This document shows, piece after piece, positions 1 to 10,246 of a stretch of 64,000 bases of DNA (positions are counted from its first letter, which is position 1; each line of letters begins with the position of its first letter). Under the pieces are notes generated by a model, which was given only the letters and a program-made list of their open reading frames with translations, was not told the origin of the DNA and made no database searches. The stretch is from an uncultured Bacilli bacterium (GTDB lineage: Bacteria; Bacillota_I; Bacilli_A; RFN20; CAG-449). Location: contig CALVKD010000001.1 of assembly GCA_944332525.1 (NCBI GenBank), forward strand, positions 49,841-113,840, read 5' to 3'. A program made the translations under genes and the position numbers.

Positions 1-688
1 TAAAGCGATGCTTGCAGATGATTTTAAAGATTACGGTTATAATGATAAACAAATGGTCAAGATGTTAATGGATAATAAAATACTTGATAAATATCCGTAT
101 CAAACACTTGATGATTTGTTTGCTGGTATAGCTACAAAAAATCCACCTACTTCTAGTATTATTGATGCATTAGGTTTAAAGAAATTTTCTGATGATGTCG
201 CATTAAAAAAATATTTAGGAAAGAACTCTTCTAAAACTTATAATCCAAATCAAGCGATTTTGGTTAATGGAGTGGATCAATTAAAAGTCACAGTTGCTCC
301 TTGTTGCTCACCGCTTCCTGGAGACAAGATTATCGGATTTGTTTCACGCGGAAAAGGCGTAAAGATTCACCGAGTTGAATGTCCAAATATCAAAGAAGAG
401 CAAAGACTTATCCAAGTTATGTGGAATCCGGATATGAAAGATCAAAACTTCCCGGTTAATGTTGAAGTTGATGCAAATGACCGAAATAATTTGCTTGTCG
501 ATATCATGTCGCTTTTAAGCCAGTTAAAAGTTCCTTGCCAAAAAATTTCGGCAAAAATTCACCGCGATACTGTCACTGTTCAGGTATCGATGACGGTTAT
601 GCTTCCAAATATTGTTAAGATGCAAGATTTATTTAATGCGCTTATCAATATTGATGGGGTTTATGACGTGAAAAGGGTCATGAAATAA
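1..688 (+). CDS. relA: (p)ppGpp synthetase/hydrolase RelA/SpoT, C-terminal TGS-ACT fragment; the 5' end lies outside the window
   Basis: In-frame ORF runs to the window edge. The C-terminal ACT-like region (GVKIHRVECPN...VEVDANDRNNLLVDIMSLL) is typical of the Rel C-terminus. Confidence 0.7.
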   Translation, partial: KAMLADDFKDYGYNDKQMVKMLMDNKILDKYPYQTLDDLFAGIATKNPPTSSIIDALGLKKFSDDVALKKYLGKNSSKTYNPNQAILVNGVDQLKVTVAPCCSPLPGDKIIGFVSRGKGVKIHRVECPNIKEEQRLIQVMWNPDMKDQNFPVNVEVDANDRNNLLVDIMSLLSQLKVPCQKISAKIHRDTVTVQVSMTVMLPNIVKMQDLFNALINIDGVYDVKRVMK

Positions 689-1684
689 ATGAGAAAAAGT
701 AACTTAGTTAATGAAAAAGTTTTAAAAGAATATCGCGTTCATCAGTCGATGCGCTTAATTGATTTTTTGATGGATACTTTTGCAGCTAAAAGCAGAAACA
801 ACATCAAATCTTTATTAACCAGAAGATTAGTTTTGGTTAATGGTGCACCAGTTTCCCAATTTGATTTTGAAGTCGTGAATGGCGATATTATTCAAATCTC
901 ACCACATCCGGTTCGGGAAACTAGACAAAAAGCTTCAAAATTGGAAATTATTTACGAGGATGAAAATTTTATCGTAATCAACAAGCCATCTAATCTTCTT
1001 TCGGTTGCGAGCGATAAAGAAAAAACTATTACAGCTTATCGCTTATTGTCTGATTATGTCAAACAAGAAGATAAGCGCAAAAGAATTTATGTCGTTCATC
1101 GAATTGATAAAGAAACATCGGGTGTCTTAGTCTTCGTTAAGAGCGATAAGCTTAGACACTTATTAACTGATGGCGATAACTGGAATAATCTAGTCAAGAA
1201 AAGAGAGTATATCGCTCTCTGCGAAGGCGCAATGGAAAAGAAAAGCGATATCTTAATCAATAATCTGCTTGAGTCTAATACCAATTTGGTGTACGTAGCC
1301 CATGGAAAAGACGGACATAAAGCAATTACCAAATATAAGGTCATTAAAGAAAATGAAAAGTATTCTCTTTTAGATGTGGAAATTGAAACGGGTAGAAAAA
1401 ATCAAATCCGCGTTCAATTAAAACATATTCATCATCCAATTGTCGGAGATGAAAAATATCTTTCATCAAGTGATCCAATTCACAGATTAGGATTACATGC
1501 TTATAAGCTTGTGATTACGAATCCATTAGATAACAAAACGATGACATTCGTGGCAAAAGAGCCAAAAGAATTTGAACGCGTTTTTGCGAAAGATTTTATT
1601 GAACCCCAAAAGCGTAAAAGTTTTAAAAATGATAGAATGGCTTCTGTTGAGAAAAATAAGAAGTCATCTATAATTAATAAATGA
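689..1684 (+). CDS. rluD: RluA-family rRNA pseudouridine synthase (S4 domain plus catalytic domain)
   Basis: HRIDKETSGVLVFVKS catalytic Asp motif and an N-terminal S4-like region. 331 aa. Confidence 0.8.
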   Translation: MRKSNLVNEKVLKEYRVHQSMRLIDFLMDTFAAKSRNNIKSLLTRRLVLVNGAPVSQFDFEVVNGDIIQISPHPVRETRQKASKLEIIYEDENFIVINKPSNLLSVASDKEKTITAYRLLSDYVKQEDKRKRIYVVHRIDKETSGVLVFVKSDKLRHLLTDGDNWNNLVKKREYIALCEGAMEKKSDILINNLLESNTNLVYVAHGKDGHKAITKYKVIKENEKYSLLDVEIETGRKNQIRVQLKHIHHPIVGDEKYLSSSDPIHRLGLHAYKLVITNPLDNKTMTFVAKEPKEFERVFAKDFIEPQKRKSFKNDRMASVEKNKKSSIINK

Positions 1685-1693
1685 GGTATAACT

Positions 1694-2977
1694 ATGGCAA
1701 ATTATCAAGTACAAAGAGGAACGTATGATGCGTATTATGAAGATGCGTATTATATTCATGAAATTGAAGATTTATTAGGTACAATTGCCCAAACATACGC
1801 CTTTAGCGAAATCGTTACCCCGATTTATGAACAAACCGAGTTGTTTGCTCGTTCAGCTGGTGAAGGCAGCGATATCGTGACGAAGGAAATGTTCTCTTTT
1901 ACTGACCGCGGTGGAAGAAATATCACGATGCGTCCGGAATTAACAGCCGGGGTTATTAGAGCAGTTGTCACTAATAAATTATATGCAAATAGCGATTTAC
2001 CATTGAAACTATATTACTGTGGACCGGCTTTCCGCTATGAAAGACCGCAAAAAGGTAGATATCGCCAATTTACTCAATTTGGAGTTGAATGCGTCGGCGT
2101 TAATTCCTATCTTAATGATGTTGAAGTCATCACTTTAGGGTATCGCGCTTTAATGGAATTAGGTTTCCCGCATGTTATTTTAAAAATTAATTCTTTAGGA
2201 AATAAAGAATCGCGTCAAAAATATATGACCGCACTTCGCGAATATTTTGCAAATCATATTGAAAACATGTGCGATGACTGCAAACACCGTTTTGGAACAA
2301 ATGTCCTACGCATCTTAGACTGCAAAGATCCAGATGATCAAAAAATTATTCAAGATGCTCCAAAAATTGAAGATTATCTCGATCAAGAATCCAAAGATTA
2401 TTTTGATAAGGTTAAAGCGATGCTCGATGAAGATCAAATTCCTTACGAAGTCGATGAAACATTAGTAAGAGGATTAGATTATTATTCTCATGTCGTGTTT
2501 GAGTATCACTTTATTACTGAAGATGGAACATCGTTAGGGGCAATAGCCGCAGGTGGACATTACGATAATTTGGTTAAAGAAATCGGAGGTCCTGAGTTAT
2601 CAAGCGTCGGCTTGGCTATCGGAATTGAAAGAGTCTTCACATTATTAAAACAAATTGCTCCTGAAAGATTCAGCAAATTGACAGTTCCAGTTTATCTAGC
2701 TCATATCGGTGAAGAAGCTATTGATCATACATATTTGCTCATGCAGCACTTGAGAAATGATGGAATGATTGAATGCGATATGACATTTGAAAATAAGAAT
2801 CTTTCCGCTCAAATTAAAATTGCTAATCGCAAGGGTGCAAAATTATTGATCATCGTCGGTGAAGATGAGATGAAAAAATATGCTTATCAAGTCAAAAATC
2901 TTGAAGAAAAAACGCAAGAAGTCGTCGAATACGATAAGTTAATCGATTATATCAATAATTTAGAAATAGAATATTGA
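1694..2977 (+). CDS. hisS: histidyl-tRNA synthetase
   Basis: Class II motifs RPELTAG, GPAFRYERPQKGRYRQFTQ and the GGHYDNL anticodon-binding region. 427 aa. Confidence 0.95.
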   Translation: MANYQVQRGTYDAYYEDAYYIHEIEDLLGTIAQTYAFSEIVTPIYEQTELFARSAGEGSDIVTKEMFSFTDRGGRNITMRPELTAGVIRAVVTNKLYANSDLPLKLYYCGPAFRYERPQKGRYRQFTQFGVECVGVNSYLNDVEVITLGYRALMELGFPHVILKINSLGNKESRQKYMTALREYFANHIENMCDDCKHRFGTNVLRILDCKDPDDQKIIQDAPKIEDYLDQESKDYFDKVKAMLDEDQIPYEVDETLVRGLDYYSHVVFEYHFITEDGTSLGAIAAGGHYDNLVKEIGGPELSSVGLAIGIERVFTLLKQIAPERFSKLTVPVYLAHIGEEAIDHTYLLMQHLRNDGMIECDMTFENKNLSAQIKIANRKGAKLLIIVGEDEMKKYAYQVKNLEEKTQEVVEYDKLIDYINNLEIEY

Positions 2978-2989
2978 AGGTGAAAAAAA

Positions 2990-4741
2990 ATGTTAAAAAT
3001 GGAAGCACGGGACCATACTAATGGTGAATTAAGACTTTCCGATGTCGGTAAAACTGTTAAGCTTATCGGCTGGGTCAGCAAAAGAAGAAATTTAGGATCG
3101 CTTGTTTTTATCGATTTACGCGATCGCTATGGCTATACGCAAATCGTCTTTGAAAGCGAATCATTCCCGGAAGCCGCTAAAATTAGAAATGAGTATATTA
3201 TTGAAGTTGAAGGTGAAGTCTGTAAGAGACAAACGCCTAATCCAAAATTACCTACCGGTGAAATTGAAGTAAATGCTAAAAAGATTACCATTGTCAATTC
3301 AGCTAATACTACTCCGTTTATTATCGCAGATGAAACTGATGCTTTAGAGGATACTCGTTTAAAATATCGTTATCTCGATTTACGCCGTCCGATGATGCAA
3401 CGCTATTTGATGAACAGAGCTAAGATTACTAAATCGATTAGAGAATATCTTGATAATCAAGATTTTATCGAAATTGAAACACCTATTCTTACTCTATCAA
3501 CCCCAGAAGGAGCACGTGACTATCTCGTCCCTTCAAGAACTCGTAAAGGTTCTTTCTATGCTCTTCCACAATCACCGCAACTTTTCAAACAACTTTTGAT
3601 GATTGGTGGATTAGAAAGATATTATCAAATTGCTAGATGCTTCCGCGATGAAGATTTAAGAGCTGATAGACAACCTGATTTTACTCAAGTTGATATTGAA
3701 ACTTCATTCTTATCACAGGATGAAATTTTAACTTTACTTGAAGGTTGCATTAAAAAGGTTTGGAAAGATGTTTTAAATATTGATATTGAAACTCCTTTTA
3801 GAAGAATCCCTTGGAAAATTGCGATGGGAAAATATGGTTCAGATAAACCAGATACCCGTTTTGATCTTTTCTTAAATGATATTAAAGAAGATATTTCAGG
3901 AATTACTTTCCAAGCGTTAGCAGAAGCAGAGGATGTTAGAGCCTTGGTTATTCCGCATCAAGCAGCAGAAACATCGCGTAAAATTGCTGATTCATTAAAT
4001 GATATTTCCAAAAAATTCGGTATTAAACAAGTGACAACCTTAAAATTTGTTAATGGAGAGATTACCGGATCATTTACTAAATTCTTAAGCGATGATATCA
4101 AAAATAAGCTTACTGAGCATCTTGGACTTAAAGAAGATGATTTATTAATCATCGCTGGTGGCAGCTTTAATCACGTCTGTTTTGCCTTAGGAGCAATTAG
4201 AAGCTTCTACGCTAAAAAGTTAAATTTAATTCCACCTCATTCATTTGATTTCCTTTGGGTTGTCGATTTCCCACTCTTTGATAAACTCGATGATGGCAGC
4301 TACACTTCTGAGCACCATCCATTTACTCGCCCAAGAAAAGAAGATGAACAATATTTAGATACTTGCCCAGAAAAGGTTCTTTCTGCAGCATATGATATCG
4401 TTATTAATGGTTATGAAGCTGGCGGTGGATCATTAAGAATTTATGATCAGAATATGCAAAAGAAAATATTTGAAATACTCGGATTTACAGAAGAAGATAT
4501 CAAGAGAAAATTTGGCTTCTTCGTCGATGCTTTCCAATATGGTACCCCACCTCATGGCGGAGCAGCGTTTGGTCTTGATCGTTTAACAATGATTATTTCT
4601 GAAACTGATAATATCCGCGATGTTATCGCCTTCCCGAAGAATCTATCTGCTGTCTGTCCGATGTCTAATGCTCCAATGCCAGTTGATGAACAACAACTTA
4701 AAGATCTCGGAATTAAAGTCGTTACAGAGGAGGACAAGTGA
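2990..4741 (+). CDS. aspS: aspartyl-tRNA synthetase
   Basis: FRDEDLRADRQPDFTQVDIE, GGSLRIY and GLDRLTM motifs. 583 aa. An AGGTGA SD lies 8 nt upstream. Confidence 0.95.
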   Translation: MLKMEARDHTNGELRLSDVGKTVKLIGWVSKRRNLGSLVFIDLRDRYGYTQIVFESESFPEAAKIRNEYIIEVEGEVCKRQTPNPKLPTGEIEVNAKKITIVNSANTTPFIIADETDALEDTRLKYRYLDLRRPMMQRYLMNRAKITKSIREYLDNQDFIEIETPILTLSTPEGARDYLVPSRTRKGSFYALPQSPQLFKQLLMIGGLERYYQIARCFRDEDLRADRQPDFTQVDIETSFLSQDEILTLLEGCIKKVWKDVLNIDIETPFRRIPWKIAMGKYGSDKPDTRFDLFLNDIKEDISGITFQALAEAEDVRALVIPHQAAETSRKIADSLNDISKKFGIKQVTTLKFVNGEITGSFTKFLSDDIKNKLTEHLGLKEDDLLIIAGGSFNHVCFALGAIRSFYAKKLNLIPPHSFDFLWVVDFPLFDKLDDGSYTSEHHPFTRPRKEDEQYLDTCPEKVLSAAYDIVINGYEAGGGSLRIYDQNMQKKIFEILGFTEEDIKRKFGFFVDAFQYGTPPHGGAAFGLDRLTMIISETDNIRDVIAFPKNLSAVCPMSNAPMPVDEQQLKDLGIKVVTEEDK

Positions 4742-6066
4742 TGAACTTTGCATCTTATAATCTAGAAAGAAATCTTCTTTCTGCATTACAAGATCTCGGT
4801 TATGTCACCCTGACCCCTATTCAGGAAGCAACTTTGCCAAAGGCCTTGAAAGGAGAATCTTTCATCGCTAAGGCAGAAACCGGTTCAGGGAAGACGCATG
4901 CCTATCTTGTACCGCTTATCAATAACTTAAACCATAATTCTGCATCTTTGCAGGCAATCATTCTTGAACCGACAGGTGAATTATGCCGTCAGGTTTATAA
5001 CTTTGCTAAAGAGCTTAGCAATTTAACAAAGGATTTTAACGTTGAATATTATTATCAATCATCGACATTAAAAGAAGAAAGAAACTATTCATCACCAACT
5101 ATCATGATTATGACTCCAGGAAAACTCTTAGAGCTGATTAAAAACCATTTAATCTCGCTTTCAGAGGTTTCTTCGTTAGTTCTTGATGAATCCGATATGC
5201 TTTTTGAAGGTGAAGCAAAAGGTTTAATGGAAGAAGTCTTAAGCTATATTAAAGCTAAGCAGAAAATGATTTTTACTGCGACGATGAAAGAGCATGAAAT
5301 TAATGCTTTAAAAAAATATTTTGGAATAAATAAATATTATGAAGTCAGTAAAAATTATACGTCTAAAAATGTCCTTCACCATTTTGTCGATATCAAACAT
5401 CGGGATAAAGTCAAAGCTCTTGAACTTTTCCTCAAGATAAAAAAACCATATTTTGCTTTAGTATTTCTTAGCAAGGTTAAAGAAGCAAAACAGACTTATC
5501 AAAAACTTAACGATGATGGTTTTACTTGCGCTTTATTAAGCTCAGAATTATCTGACCGCGAGAGAAAAAATCTTCTCAAACGGATTAACGATGGTGAGTT
5601 TTCTTTAGTTATTTGTTCCGATTTAGCTTCGCGGGGACTTGATTTTCCATCCGTTAGCGATGTTATTTCTCTGGATATTCCGCGTTCAATAGATTATTAC
5701 TATCACCGCGCGGGAAGAACTGGCCGATACAAAAACAAAGGTGATTCATATATCTTCTATGATGATGAACTAAATAAAGAAGCAAAAAAGACATTAGAAA
5801 GCAAGCTAACTTTCGATTATTTAATTTTACGCGATGAAGACCTTAAAGAAGATAAAAAACGGGTAAATCAACCTAAGAAGAGAAACCTTGAATTGGAAAA
5901 AGAAATCAAAAAGGCTGTCAGCAAAGTTCGCTCAGATAAAGTTAAACCAAATTATAAAAAGAAAATGAGAAGAGCTGCTGAAAAAGCGGTTAAACAACAT
6001 AAAAGAGCGATTATTATCAAAAATCTAAAATCTAAAAGGAAGGCTTTAGCTAGCGTTGATAAATGA
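4741..6066 (+). CDS. DEAD-box ATP-dependent RNA helicase with DESD motif II variant and a Lys-rich C-terminal tail
   Basis: AETGSGKT (motif I), PTGEL (Ia), DESD (II), TAT (III), HRAGRTGR (VI). The ATG at 4741 follows a GAGGAGGA SD; the track's GTG at 4738 is less likely. Confidence 0.85.
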   Translation: MNFASYNLERNLLSALQDLGYVTLTPIQEATLPKALKGESFIAKAETGSGKTHAYLVPLINNLNHNSASLQAIILEPTGELCRQVYNFAKELSNLTKDFNVEYYYQSSTLKEERNYSSPTIMIMTPGKLLELIKNHLISLSEVSSLVLDESDMLFEGEAKGLMEEVLSYIKAKQKMIFTATMKEHEINALKKYFGINKYYEVSKNYTSKNVLHHFVDIKHRDKVKALELFLKIKKPYFALVFLSKVKEAKQTYQKLNDDGFTCALLSSELSDRERKNLLKRINDGEFSLVICSDLASRGLDFPSVSDVISLDIPRSIDYYYHRAGRTGRYKNKGDSYIFYDDELNKEAKKTLESKLTFDYLILRDEDLKEDKKRVNQPKKRNLELEKEIKKAVSKVRSDKVKPNYKKKMRRAAEKAVKQHKRAIIIKNLKSKRKALASVDK

Positions 6067-6536
6067 TTGAAAAAGCATATTTTCGCATTTTTAATAAGTC
6101 TTTTCGCATTATATCTGAAAATCAACAAATTATTGAAATTTATCCATCTAAAGAGTTTCTGCAAATACAAGAAGGATATGCCGCGGAATGCGTAAAGCAA
6201 TTAAAAGAATATTTTTCTGGTAAAAGAAAACAGTTCTCCTTAAATCTTTGCTTATCTGGAACAAAAAATGAAAAAGAGGTTTATCGCTTACTTTTATCTG
6301 TCCCATATGGTCAAACGATTACCTATCAAGAATTAGCTAAACTTTACGGAAACGTTAATTCATCGCGGTTTATCGGTAATTGCATGCGCAAAAATCGCTT
6401 GCTATTTATTTTGCCGTGTCACCGCGTTGTCAAAAAAAACCGAGCAGGAAATTATTTGCTCGGTGAAGATTTTAAAAATTGGCTATTAAATTTAGAGAAA
6501 TCACATATTTCTGATTTCATTAATAAGGACGTCTAA
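6063..6536 (+). CDS. ogt: methylated-DNA-protein-cysteine methyltransferase (O6-alkylguanine repair)
   Basis: The active-site LPCHRVV motif. 157 aa. ATGA overlap with the upstream gene. Confidence 0.8.
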   Translation: MIEKAYFRIFNKSFRIISENQQIIEIYPSKEFLQIQEGYAAECVKQLKEYFSGKRKQFSLNLCLSGTKNEKEVYRLLLSVPYGQTITYQELAKLYGNVNSSRFIGNCMRKNRLLFILPCHRVVKKNRAGNYLLGEDFKNWLLNLEKSHISDFINKDV

Positions 6537-7553
6537 GGCGTCCTTTTCTTCTATTGTCTTATAGATTTGACCTTTTTTAAAGATGACGTATTTTCCTTTT
6601 CCTCCAGCTAACCCAATGTCTGCATGCTTACCCTCACCAGGACCATTAACAATACAACCCATTACAGCAACGGTAATTTTTTTATTTATTTTATTTAATT
6701 CTGCAGAGACTTTATTAGCTAGCGAGATTAAGTCAACTTGAGTTCTTCCGCAGGTTGGACAAGAGATTAATGTCGGATAATTATCGTATAAACCCAAATC
6801 ATGTAATAAGCGTTTGCAAGCGATTATTTCTTCGCAAGGATCATCTGATAATGAAATTCTAATTGTGTCTCCGATGCCTTCGAGAAGAAGCGGAGCTAAA
6901 CCGGCTGCTGAACGGATTAAACCAATTTCTTTAGTTCCCGCTTCGGTGATTCCTAAATGCAATGGATATGGAAAAACTTTACTAGCTTCGCGGTAAGCAG
7001 CAATTGTTGTTAATACCGATGATGCCTTAAGAGAGATTACAATATCATAGAAACCTTGACTCTCAAAATAATCAACGTATTTTTTGGCTAATGAAACAAT
7101 ACCCCTCGCAGTTACTTCATCATTGTTCTGCTTTAGTGTTTCTTCATCAAGAGATCCGGAATTAACACCGATTCGAATAGCTACATGCTTTTCTTTAGCT
7201 TTATCGAGAACGAGTTTAACCTTTTCTAACCCCCCAATATTTCCAGGGTTTATTCTTATTTTATCAATACCGTTATCCATCGCTAATAAAGCTAAGCGAT
7301 AATCAAAATGGATGTCTCCGACAAGAGGAATCGCGATTTGCTTCTTGATATCTGCAATAGCTCTTGCATCATCTTCATCCATAATCGAGCAACGAATCAT
7401 CTCGCAGCCTAATTCAGTTAATTTATTAATCTGTGAAACAACCTCAGCAACCTTACTGGTTTTGATATTGCACATCGATTGAATGACAACTTTATTTTGA
7501 TGTCCGATTTGAATATTTCCGACCTTAACTGCGCGTGTTTCTGCTCTTTTCAT
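6501..7553 (-). CDS. ispG: 4-hydroxy-3-methylbut-2-enyl diphosphate synthase (MEP pathway)
   Basis: GcpE family: N-terminal TRAVKVGNIQIGHQNKVVIQSM and C-terminal CPTCGRT Fe-S cysteines. 350 aa. Confidence 0.9.
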   Translation of the reverse strand: MKRAETRAVKVGNIQIGHQNKVVIQSMCNIKTSKVAEVVSQINKLTELGCEMIRCSIMDEDDARAIADIKKQIAIPLVGDIHFDYRLALLAMDNGIDKIRINPGNIGGLEKVKLVLDKAKEKHVAIRIGVNSGSLDEETLKQNNDEVTARGIVSLAKKYVDYFESQGFYDIVISLKASSVLTTIAAYREASKVFPYPLHLGITEAGTKEIGLIRSAAGLAPLLLEGIGDTIRISLSDDPCEEIIACKRLLHDLGLYDNYPTLISCPTCGRTQVDLISLANKVSAELNKINKKITVAVMGCIVNGPGEGKHADIGLAGGKGKYVIFKKGQIYKTIEEKDALDVLINEIRNM

Positions 7554-7714
7554 ATCTAAAACCTTCCTAAATGATTTGATAACTTAATTATAATAGAAAA
7601 ACTTCGCGGAATAGTTAAAAATCCTAATTATTTCTGTAAAAAGTAAAATTTGTTATGGAAATTAATATTATTACTATGATAAAATACCTATTGTGAAATT
7701 GGAGGTGTCCAAAA

Positions 7715-7867
7715 ATGGCTCGTGATAACATTATTTTACAATGTACCGAATGCGGCAATCAAAACTATACAAGTACCAAAAATAAAAAGGCCCATCCTGA
7801 AAGAATGGAAATCAAAAAATATTGCCCAAACTGCAACCGCATGACCGTTCATAAGGAAAAGAAATAG
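7715..7867 (+). CDS. rpmG: 50S ribosomal protein L33
   Basis: 50-aa [53 protein letters not shown] with CxxC...CxxC zinc-ribbon spacing. GGAGGTG SD is 5 nt upstream. Absent from the ORF track, which has a length cut-off. Confidence 0.85.
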   Translation: MARDNIILQCTECGNQNYTSTKNKKAHPERMEIKKYCPNCNRMTVHKEKK

Positions 7868-7886
7868 AGCTAAGGCTCTTTTTTTG
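7866..7886 (+). terminator. weak intrinsic terminator after rpmG
   Basis: AGAGC-TAAG-GCTCT hairpin (5-bp stem) followed by TTTTTTT. Confidence 0.35.
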
Positions 7887-8533
7887 TGTTTATGGAAATT
7901 AAAGTATTTAATAAATTCCCATTATTTAGTGCTCAGAGTTACTTACTCGTTAAAGGTGAAAAAGCTTTATTAATTGATTGCGGCTATCTTAGCGATGAGT
8001 TAATCCAAGCCCTTAAAGATGTTACATTATGCGGTGTAATCATCACCCATGGTCATTTTGATCACATACGCGGTATTGATAATTTAAAAAAACTCTATCC
8101 TGATTTAAAGATTTTTTATAATCAGACAGATATAAATTTTTTAAGTAATCCAATTAATAATTGTTCGCGCTTTGCTGATAAAAACGATGTCGTTATTAAT
8201 GAGGAAACTATTTCTTTAAGTGAAGGAATACACGCTGTTGGTGAGTTTGAATTCGAAGTGATTTATACTCCTGGTCATACCAAAGATAGTATGTCAATTC
8301 TCTTCCCAAAAGAAAATGTTATTTTTACAGGCGATTTTTTATTTCCGCGAACTGTCGGAAGATGTGACTTACCGACTTCATCGATTAGTGATTTAGAAAA
8401 ATCCTTAAAAAAGATAATACCGTATATTAACGATGAATTAATAATTTACTGCGGGCATGATCAAGCCACAAATGGAAAAAGAATTTGCCAAGAAAACCAA
8501 TATATCAAAGATATATTAAACAAAACATTTTAA
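7886..8533 (+). CDS. MBL-fold metallo-hydrolase (glyoxalase II-like)
   Basis: HGHFDHIRG metal-binding motif. 215 aa. Confidence 0.75.
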   Translation: MFMEIKVFNKFPLFSAQSYLLVKGEKALLIDCGYLSDELIQALKDVTLCGVIITHGHFDHIRGIDNLKKLYPDLKIFYNQTDINFLSNPINNCSRFADKNDVVINEETISLSEGIHAVGEFEFEVIYTPGHTKDSMSILFPKENVIFTGDFLFPRTVGRCDLPTSSISDLEKSLKKIIPYINDELIIYCGHDQATNGKRICQENQYIKDILNKTF

Positions 8534-8579
8534 AAAATTATTATTTTTGCTAGAATAATAAAGAATTATAGGAGGAATT

Positions 8580-9143
8580 ATGGTAAACGTTACTGAAGTT
8601 AGACCAGGAAATGCATATGCCTGGGAAGGAGAAATCTATAGCTGCATCGATATTGATCTCAATAAGACTGCAATGGCTAAGATGAAAGTCAAAATTAAAT
8701 CAAAGAATTTACGTACCGGAGCCGTTCTCGATATGTCATTCATCGGCGGTGATAAAGTCGAAATCTTACACCTCGATAAGAAGAAAATGGGTTATCTTTA
8801 TGATGATGAAGATTTCGTCTATTTCATGGATAACAATACTTATGAACAAGTATCAATTGCTAAAGATCGTTTAAAATGGGAACTCAACTTCCTCAAAGAA
8901 GGTACTGAAGTTGAAATTCTTGATTACGAAGGAGAAATGCTCGGTATTTCCTTACCAGCAAAAGTCGCTTTAACAATTACTGAATGCGAACCAGCAGTTA
9001 GAGGCGATACAGTTAATAAAGCTATGAAAGATGCTTATCTTGAAACAGGTTTAAAAGTTAGAGTTCCATTATTCATCGAACAAGGAGAGAAAGTCTGGGT
9101 CTTCACCAATGATGGAAGCTATGATTCCCGGGCTAACGACTAA
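8580..9143 (+). CDS. efp: elongation factor P
   Basis: MVNVTEVRPGN...KSKNLRTGAV N-terminus. 187 aa. Confidence 0.95.
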   Translation: MVNVTEVRPGNAYAWEGEIYSCIDIDLNKTAMAKMKVKIKSKNLRTGAVLDMSFIGGDKVEILHLDKKKMGYLYDDEDFVYFMDNNTYEQVSIAKDRLKWELNFLKEGTEVEILDYEGEMLGISLPAKVALTITECEPAVRGDTVNKAMKDAYLETGLKVRVPLFIEQGEKVWVFTNDGSYDSRAND

Positions 9144-9146
9144 TTT

Positions 9147-9431
9147 ATGTGGCAAACAATTCTCTATATTTTAATCGGATTAATTGTTGGAGCAGTAGCG
9201 ACATTCTTCATTACTCGTTATTTCTTTACAAAACAATTAAAAGAGAATCCTCCGATTACTGAAAAGCAAATCAGAGTTATGTTCCAGAGTATGGGTATGC
9301 GTCCTTCTGAAGCAAAAATTCAGCAAGTTCTTCGTTCTATGGGAATTCAACCATCGACTAACCAAGAGAAAAAGCAACCATACATTAACGAAAATAAAAA
9401 GAAGAATAAAGAAGATTCTCAAGGTAAATAA
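9147..9431 (+). CDS. yneF: UPF0154/YneF-family small membrane protein
   Basis: Single N-terminal TM helix followed by a conserved cytoplasmic region. In B. subtilis yneF lies in the same yne cluster as plsY(yneS)-parE-parC. Confidence 0.55.
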   Translation: MWQTILYILIGLIVGAVATFFITRYFFTKQLKENPPITEKQIRVMFQSMGMRPSEAKIQQVLRSMGIQPSTNQEKKQPYINENKKKNKEDSQGK

Positions 9432-9434
9432 TTT

Positions 9435-9463
9435 AAGCCCGTTTAACGGGCTTTTATTTTTTT
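9435..9463 (+). terminator. intrinsic terminator after yneF
   Basis: AAGCCCGTT-loop-AACGGGCTT hairpin followed by TTTTATTTTTTT. Confidence 0.7.
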
Positions 9464-9480
9464 AGAAAATTATAAAGTTT

Positions 9481-9509
9481 AAAAAAGAGGATTTATTTAT
9501 CCTCTTTTT
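9481..9509. terminator. bidirectional hairpin between convergent yneF and plsY
   Basis: AAAAAA-GAGGAT-TTATTT-ATCCTC-TTTTT. The hairpin overlaps the plsY stop codon. Confidence 0.5.
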
Positions 9510-10224
9510 CATTTTCATCGGAATGATTGTCAGTTGAAGTTGATTTTTTCATTAACCATTTGGCTTTATTTTCCGTTCCATTTATTAATCTAGCAATATT
9601 TTGATGATGCCTTACAATCACGTAAAGAGCGACAAAGATCAAAAATAGTGAGTAATAAAGATCGCCGACCATCGCGAAATTCATAAACATTTGCGAAAAG
9701 TTTGGAATAAAGGAAATTCCTGCGACAACGACGCCAGCAGCCATTGATCCAACTGAAACATATTTAGTTGTAAAGAAGAAGAGAGCAAATGCCGCGATAC
9801 CGATTAATGCGAAAAGATAATTTGTCGCAAATAAGATTCCAAACATGCAAGCCACTGCTTTGCCTCCGCGAAACTGAAAGAAAACTGGGAAAGTGTGGCC
9901 TATGCAGGCTCCAACACCGGCGATATAGACTAAATAGGACGGGTCAAGATATAAAATTTGATTAACAGAAGGTATCCGAGCAATCAGTAAAACAATCCAC
10001 ATGGCAATCATCGTCTTAAGCATATCTAAGATGATTGTAATTAAGCCAATTTTTTTACCTAGTACTCTACCAGTATTTGTCCCTCCGGCATTATGAGATC
10101 CAAGAGTGCGAACATCGATATTAAAAAATAGCTTTCCAATAATAACTCCGTTAGAGATACTACCAAAAAGATATCCGATTACAAGCGAACAGATAATTGA
10201 GAGTATAATGCTAAGAGCTTCCAT
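9493..10224 (-). CDS. plsY: glycerol-3-phosphate acyltransferase PlsY, with a short acidic C-terminal extension
   Basis: GSGNIGATN-like HNAGGTNTGRVLG motif and multiple TM helices. 243 aa. Confidence 0.9.
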   Translation of the reverse strand: MEALSIILSIICSLVIGYLFGSISNGVIIGKLFFNIDVRTLGSHNAGGTNTGRVLGKKIGLITIILDMLKTMIAMWIVLLIARIPSVNQILYLDPSYLVYIAGVGACIGHTFPVFFQFRGGKAVACMFGILFATNYLFALIGIAAFALFFFTTKYVSVGSMAAGVVVAGISFIPNFSQMFMNFAMVGDLYYSLFLIFVALYVIVRHHQNIARLINGTENKAKWLMKKSTSTDNHSDENEKEDK

Positions 10225-10246
10225 AAGAGTTTACCTCCGTTTATCT

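Noticed and set aside
1096-1344. Short antisense ORFs from the six-frame track: 1096-1344, 3958-4152, 4552-4737, 5952-6200, 6814-6996, 7084-7302, 9237-9422, 12550-12756, 13126-13350, 15465-15977, 19796-20005, 21922-22119, 24499-24846, 25624-25836, 29671-29853, 30880-31089, 31300-31563, 32424-32630, 34565-34822, 35265-35471, 37759-37995, 38219-38458, 40084-40302, 42329-42574, 43175-43420, 45278-45475, 46474-46665, 50405-50769, 51169-51396, 51556-52307, 58480-58701, 59773-59997, 60316-60552, 61303-61497, 62106-62408
   Set aside because: Each lies inside, mostly antisense to, a well-supported conserved gene. They have low-complexity or odd composition and lack an SD. AT-rich genomes produce many such chance ORFs.
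6501-6536. The 36-nt convergent overlap of ogt and ispG as a regulatory antisense feature
   Set aside because: This is more likely ordinary 3'-end overlap of convergent genes in a compact genome. No structure or motif was seen.
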